35,576 nt of DNA from a virus: IMG/VR virus record IMGVR_UViG_3300029310_000030, positions 1 to 35,576 of that record; one strand, written 5' to 3'. Numbering within the stretch: the stretch's first letter is position 1; the number at the start of each line of letters is the position of its first letter. The notes under the pieces are model-generated. The model did no database searches and had not been told where the DNA came from. It saw only the letters and a program-made list of their open reading frames with translations. This document shows positions 31,715-35,576 of the stretch, piece by piece. A program made the translations under genes and the position numbers.

Positions 31715-32497
31715 TTATACCTCCCGGAGCCGGGTCAGCCCCTTTGTCTTGATGATTTTCGGGTAGTTGAGGGTGGTCACGTTGAGGTCTACGTTGCCAG
31801 AAATGCCCGGCACGCTGCCTTTGCTGGTGTGCTGGTGGGCGTTGTACTTGAAATCCACCTTGGGGGTCTTACCCGTGTAGTCAGCCAACCATACATCCCA
31901 TCGCCCGGCAAGCCTTGCCATGTCCAGATGGACGTTGGCGTAGCTCGTGTAGGTGTACAGCTGGGCGTAAAAACCCATTTTCTCCACCTGTTCCAGCGCG
32001 TAGGCGGTGAGGTTGGTGAGGTCGAGGGTGCTCATGGGTTTGAGCTTGTTTTCCTCCACGTCCACCGCGAGGGGCATGCTAAGCTCCTTGCCGTAGACCG
32101 CCTGCCGCACAAGAGCAAGCTCTGCATCGGCCATCGCTTCGCTGGTGGCGTAGGTGTAGTAGTACACGCCCACGTCCAGACCGGCAGCCCGGGCGTTGCG
32201 GTAGTTTGCTTCAAAGGCCGGGTCGATGTACAGGCCGTCTGCCCGCTTGGAGAACTTTTTGTTGGTGGACACCGTCTTGAGCATGGCTCCCTTGTAACCC
32301 GCCACCGCCACCTGTGCCCAGTCAATTTCGCCCTGATACCGGCTTACGTCAATGTACCGGTAGGGCGGCTCACCCGTCCACCCGGTCACGGTGTCCACAG
32401 TGGGCACGTCCGGTGCAGGGGCAGGTTTTTCCTTGTCGGCGCTGTCACCGGCAGCGTGGGAGAGAGCAGAGAAGATATCCCGCAGGAAGTCAAGCAT
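31715..32497 (-). CDS. GH25 muramidase endolysin, about 260 aa (start at MLDFL...)
   Basis: ...YIDVSRYQGEIDWAQV...GVYYYTYA...AVDVEE... are GH25 signatures. GAGGTGG RBS. Confidence 0.85.
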   Translation of the reverse strand: MLDFLRDIFSALSHAAGDSADKEKPAPAPDVPTVDTVTGWTGEPPYRYIDVSRYQGEIDWAQVAVAGYKGAMLKTVSTNKKFSKRADGLYIDPAFEANYRNARAAGLDVGVYYYTYATSEAMADAELALVRQAVYGKELSMPLAVDVEENKLKPMSTLDLTNLTAYALEQVEKMGFYAQLYTYTSYANVHLDMARLAGRWDVWLADYTGKTPKVDFKYNAHQHTSKGSVPGISGNVDLNVTTLNYPKIIKTKGLTRLREV

Positions 32498-32633
32498 CAC
32501 TTTCCACCTCATAAAATCCCTCCTCCGTCAGCTTTTTCATCACGGCATCCTTGTACCGGTCAGGCACGTTATCGATGGTAAAAGCGCCGTCAAAGCGGTG
32601 CAGTTTGATTTGTGTCACATAAAACAAAACCAT
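32490..32633 (-). CDS. XkdX/CD1375-like small protein, 47 aa (internal start of ORF 32490..32861)
   Basis: MVLFYVTQIKLHRFDGAFTIDNVPDRYKDAVMKKL... matches the small-protein pattern seen upstream of Firmicute phage lysis genes. GGAGGA RBS. Confidence 0.5.
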   Translation of the reverse strand: MVLFYVTQIKLHRFDGAFTIDNVPDRYKDAVMKKLTEEGFYEVESDA

Positions 32634-32643
32634 AACATCCTCC

Positions 32644-33015
32644 TTATTGTGCGGCCAACAGGTCGAGCATAGCCGCTTCCAGAGCAGCAAGGCGCTCTTC
32701 TGCGGTGGGCAGCTGTGCTTTTTCCTCTGCTTCCTTGCGGGCCTTTTCCTGTGCAGCCCGCTCTTCGGCGGTGTACAGCACATACCGCTGCACCTCCACC
32801 TCTTCGTCGTAGGCTTCCTGTGCTTCCACACCGGGCACATCCACCACCTTCCAGCGGTCACGGCCCCCGTTGGGGTAGGTCTTGTACTCGTAGTGACTGA
32901 CCTCTTCCACGCCCTCTACGGCATCGTGGTGGATGGTCTGGGTCTCGGGCTTGAGGCAGCCTTTCGTCAGGTCGGGGGTTTCGATGGGGTTGCCGTTGAT
33001 GTCAATGATTTTCAT
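32644..33015 (-). CDS. Hypothetical tail-fibre-associated protein, 123 aa
   Basis: ORF between the fibre genes and the XkdX-like gene. It has a C-terminal coiled-coil region ending ...ERLAALEAAMLDLLAAQ. Confidence 0.5.
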   Translation of the reverse strand: MKIIDINGNPIETPDLTKGCLKPETQTIHHDAVEGVEEVSHYEYKTYPNGGRDRWKVVDVPGVEAQEAYDEEVEVQRYVLYTAEERAAQEKARKEAEEKAQLPTAEERLAALEAAMLDLLAAQ

Positions 33016-33030
33016 TTGTACTCCTTTCTT

Positions 33031-33483
33031 TTATGCCACTCTGCGCCAGATGTACATGCAGTATGCCGGGGGTTGGACGGTAGTGCTATTGCCATAGATG
33101 GAGTTGTTAGTGGAGCGGACATTGTTAACATATATCGGGACATTGCCGCTACTAGACCCGTTTGTCAAAGTCCACCCATTAGCAAGACTTACGGAAAAAA
33201 GGCCTTTTACGGTTGGTTTGTCGCTTGAAAAAAGCATGCCGTTTAGCTGTCCATATATGCTCGGCAAACCTGCTTCTACCGTTGTACCAGCCGGATGCGT
33301 ATCGCTTGCACCCCAGATAGTGCAATCCTCAATGCGTTCCCATGTGCCGCCGTACAGCTCGGCAGGGCTGGTGGCGTTTTCGCTTGCGTAAGGTGTTCCC
33401 ACCGGGTGTGTCAGCAGGAACAGAGTGGAGATGAATTTTTTCGTAAAACCTGCGTTTCCAATGCTCATAGTACCATAAGCCAT
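33031..33483 (-). CDS. Receptor-binding/tail-fibre-tip-type protein, paralog 1, 150 aa
   Basis: ...HPVGTPYAS...LYGGTWERIED...VEAGLPSIYG...TVQPPAYCMYIWRRVA. Clear paralog of the next gene. Confidence 0.55.
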   Translation of the reverse strand: MAYGTMSIGNAGFTKKFISTLFLLTHPVGTPYASENATSPAELYGGTWERIEDCTIWGASDTHPAGTTVEAGLPSIYGQLNGMLFSSDKPTVKGLFSVSLANGWTLTNGSSSGNVPIYVNNVRSTNNSIYGNSTTVQPPAYCMYIWRRVA

Positions 33484-33497
33484 TGTAAGTCTCCTTT

Positions 33498-33922
33498 TCA
33501 GGAAACTCGTCTCCAGAAGTAGAAGTAGTAGCCAGAGGGTTGGACGGTATCGGATGCGCCGTAGATGGGGTTGGAACGGGAAGCATCAAAGCTAATTTTT
33601 CTCAAATAATGCTCCGTATACGTTCCGTCTTTATATCTGCCACCGGTTTCGGAGTTGATTGCGCTAAGTGCTTTTTTCCCCGCTGAAGAAACAAAAACCG
33701 AGTTGTCAAGAACACCGGTTATATTCGGCAGTCCTGCTTCTACCGTCTCCCCGCCTTCGTGCCCATCTCCGGCACCCATCGGCACTCTGTTCTGTGCGAC
33801 GAGTTCCCACACTGTGTTTTTATAGCGTGCAGCCGGGGATGTTTTTACGGTGGTGAAGACGATATCGCCAATACGGGGGATTGTACCCCCCCCCCCCCAA
33901 CAATAAATGAACCGTATGCCAT
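33498..33922 (-). pseudogene. Receptor-binding-type paralog 2, interrupted by a frameshift in a G13 tract (intact with G14 or G11)
   Basis: ATG at 33922 with an AAGGAGG RBS gives MAYGSFIV plus poly-Gly, then a stop after 25 codons. The frame with one extra G reads ...TIPRIGDIVFTTVKTSPAARYKNTVWELVAQNR... into ORF 33498..33812. Confidence 0.6.
33886..33898. repeat. Homopolymer: 13 C on the plus strand (G13 in the coding sense)
   Basis: Counted directly: 5 C at 33886-33890 plus 8 C at 33891-33898. Confidence 0.95.
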
Positions 33923-33933
33923 GTTGAGCCTCC

Positions 33934-34812
33934 TTATCTCACGATGTACCATGTAGCGTTGATGACCGCCGTAGGCACATCCTTTGCCCGCAGACGCAGG
34001 ATGCCTTGCAGGGTCTCGGTGTTGGCGAAGCAGGCATCTGCTGCCGGTGTGGTGTCGTCCGGAGCAACCACCACGTTCACGATGTCCTGCGCGGTCAGCT
34101 CTGCGATGGAGATGTCCAGCTTGTGCGGGAAGTCCGCCACAGAGGTGTCATCCACCCAGCCGGTCGTGGGGATGGTGAAGGTGTGCGGGGCGACAACTGC
34201 GGCTTTGCCTGCCAGTGCGTCACCGGTGGCCTTTGCATCGGCAGGGGCGTTCTCGGTGGTGAAGGTTTTGTCGGTGTTCGCTCGGGTGCCAGCCAGCGCT
34301 GCACTTGCAGCGGCTTCCTTAGCGCTCTTCTGGGCAGCGGATTCGCTGGCAGAGGAATTGGTTTCGGAGGTGGATGCAGCAGAAGCGCTGTCGGCAGCGG
34401 CAGTGGCAGAGGTGGCAGCAGCTTCTTTGCTTGCGTTGGCATCCGATGCAGAACCGGCCGCAGCGGATGCGGCAGCTGTTGCCGTGGCGGTGGAATTTGC
34501 CACCTCCTGCAAAGCGCCGACTTTAGCGTTGCCGATGTCAGTCAGTGCAGCATCTTTTGTCTGGGTAATGGCCGTGGTGGCCGTAGCTTGAGCTTGCTGG
34601 ACAGCGGCCACAGAGTCCGCTTTCTGCTGGTCGATGTTTGCCACAGCATCGGATGCTTTTTTCTCGCTGGCTGCCGCCGCATCTGCCTTCTGGGTGGCCG
34701 TGGCAGCGAACTGCTCCACATACTCGCCCATCTGGGCGATGTCTTCCCGGACTTCCACACCTTTTTTTGCGGTACGGATGCCCGAGATGACTTCCGGAAA
34801 AGTCTTTGTCAT
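33934..34812 (-). CDS. Tail fibre / baseplate upper protein (BppU-N-like) with an Ala/Ser-rich coiled-coil shaft, 292 aa
   Basis: N-terminal ...ISGIRTAKKGVEVREDIAQMGEYV... resembles BppU-type N-domains. Long A/S/T/E-rich repeat region. Confidence 0.55.
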   Translation of the reverse strand: MTKTFPEVISGIRTAKKGVEVREDIAQMGEYVEQFAATATQKADAAAASEKKASDAVANIDQQKADSVAAVQQAQATATTAITQTKDAALTDIGNAKVGALQEVANSTATATAAASAAAGSASDANASKEAAATSATAAADSASAASTSETNSSASESAAQKSAKEAAASAALAGTRANTDKTFTTENAPADAKATGDALAGKAAVVAPHTFTIPTTGWVDDTSVADFPHKLDISIAELTAQDIVNVVVAPDDTTPAADACFANTETLQGILRLRAKDVPTAVINATWYIVR

Positions 34813-35306
34813 AAACTGATCACTCCCGTAGGTACATCATAGATGGTGTCGGTTTCAAAATCAAAGGTATCCCAGAGCCAATCCGCACCCGCATCCGCGG
34901 TGACATTTCTTTTGTACGGATTGCAAGTGCCCTCTATGGTAAAGGCCATATCATGTCGGTTTTTCTCACTGGGGTCTACCCGCCAAAGGCCCTGCCAGTA
35001 CCAGGCACTGTCCTCATCAAAAACGCACCGAAGCCACTTGCCCTGTAAGGCATTTTCAAGGGCGCTTTGGATGGTCGTCCATTGCTTTTTCGGAGACTTA
35101 CAGATAAGCTCCAGCTTGATGGTGCGCTGCTTGTAGTGCACTTCCCCATCCAAAGCCCTGGACAGGTCTAGGATAAAGTCAGAGCCCGGGACATTGACAA
35201 GCATCGTCTCTGGCTCTGCACCGGATATCATAGGGCTGCCCACCTTCAGATAAAGGCCAAGGTCTTTGAGGGTATGGACATTTCCGATCTGTGCACCCAT
35301 CAGCAT
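34809..35306 (-). CDS. Distal tail protein (Dit-like) N-domain protein, 165 aa
   Basis: ...HTLKDLGLYLKVGSPMISGAEPETMLVNVPGSDFILDLS...YKQRTIKLELIC...WYWQGLWRV...CNPYKR matches the siphovirus tail-component (Dit) pattern. Confidence 0.55.
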   Translation of the reverse strand: MLMGAQIGNVHTLKDLGLYLKVGSPMISGAEPETMLVNVPGSDFILDLSRALDGEVHYKQRTIKLELICKSPKKQWTTIQSALENALQGKWLRCVFDEDSAWYWQGLWRVDPSEKNRHDMAFTIEGTCNPYKRNVTADAGADWLWDTFDFETDTIYDVPTGVISL

Positions 35307-35548
35307 TTGAGCTCACCTCCGCTCTGGATCACGGCCAACTGCTCCGGGGTCAGAGGGCTGTATACCAGCTTTTCTCCGTCCCACACATAGTGCGAGCCGC
35401 CATCCTCCCAGTCCTCCGGGAACTCATCGAAGACCATGCAGTTGTCTGGGAGAGGGTTCGGGATTACTTCTTCAACGCCCCATCCGCCACTGTAAATGCG
35501 GCCATCGGAGCACACCTTGCACATAAATTTACAGCCGGGTACTTTCAT
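35300..35548 (-). CDS. Hypothetical protein, 82 aa (between the Tal-like and Dit-like genes; its start lies inside the terminal repeat)
   Basis: GAGGTGAAGGA RBS. The start at 35548 corresponds to position 71, i.e. 12 nt after the Tal-like stop at 84. Confidence 0.5.
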   Translation of the reverse strand: MKVPGCKFMCKVCSDGRIYSGGWGVEEVIPNPLPDNCMVFDEFPEDWEDGGSHYVWDGEKLVYSPLTPEQLAVIQSGGELKC

Positions 35549-35576
35549 CTGTCCTTCACCTCACATAAAACCGTAT
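35478..35576. repeat. Terminal direct repeat, right copy (identical to 1-99)
   Basis: Exact identity with 1-99. Confidence 0.95.

Larger units (their letters stand above)
1..35477. mobile_element. Complete temperate siphovirus-type phage genome (one circular unit; the window is the unit plus a 99-bp overlap)
   Basis: Full set of phage modules is present: packaging, HK97-like head, non-contractile tail (no sheath gene), lysis, lysogeny, replication. The first 99 nt repeat exactly at the window end. Confidence 0.85.

Noticed and set aside
33031-34812. Diversity-generating retroelement acting on the fibre genes
   Set aside because: No reverse transcriptase ORF exists anywhere in the genome. 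No template/variable repeat pair with adenine-specific differences was seen; the two paralogs differ throughout their central regions.
1-35576. Alternative genetic code / stop-codon recoding, considered because of the phage-encoded tRNA-type genes
   Set aside because: All expected phage genes are intact long ORFs under the standard code. The clear tRNA has a Lys (UUU) anticodon, and no loop could be folded canonically to present a stop-reading anticodon.

Overview
The window is one complete, circularly assembled temperate siphovirus-type phage genome. Bases 1-99 are identical to 35478-35576, so the unit length is 35,477 bp. Nearly all late and early genes lie on the minus strand.

Minus-strand gene order (descending coordinates):
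- Cro-like HTH, then small membrane and Zn-ribbon genes.
- Recombination genes: Rad52-like, NinB-like, SSB.
- Replication initiator with an internal iteron origin, then ParA and a ParB-like protein.
- Pentapeptide-repeat protein and a sigma-r4-like regulator.
- A GGACA repeat array, then two tRNA-type genes.
- HNH endonuclease, TerS, TerL, portal, protease and HK97-type capsid.
- Connectors, major tail protein, G/GT chaperones with a -1 slippery site, and tape measure.
- Tal-like protein, then (across the circular junction) a Dit-like protein, a BppU-like fibre, two receptor-binding-type paralogs, an XkdX-like protein, a GH25 endolysin and holins.

Plus-strand lysogeny arm: CI-like HTH, a secreted protein, a membrane-anchored DEDDh exonuclease, a second HTH and a tyrosine integrase. 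It ends at an attP that carries the 3' end of a Leu-type tRNA.

Accessory DNA lies between attP and the lysis genes:
- A five-gene minus-strand cassette: Q/G/P-rich protein, 75-aa Q-rich protein, TM plus coiled-coil plus Cys-rich protein, BclA-C/DUF3992-like beta-sandwich protein, 167-aa protein.
- A very acidic 70-aa protein behind a consensus promoter.
- An HTH plus multi-Zn-ribbon gene pair.

Most notable observations:
1. A 13-nt poly-G tract frameshifts the 5' end of one of two tandem receptor-binding paralogs. This is a candidate phase switch, or a homopolymer sequencing error.
2. A tRNA-like gene with canonical acceptor, D and T arms carries a ~72-nt structured insertion.
3. The uncharacterised five-gene surface/spore-appendage-like cassette sits at the prophage end.
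4. An integrase/attP and a parA/parB-like pair occur in the same genome.

All functional calls come from reading the translated ORFs and the DNA by eye. No database search was run. The host is probably a high-GC Firmicute/Clostridia-type bacterium (low confidence), judged from GGAGG-type RBSs and the gene families present.
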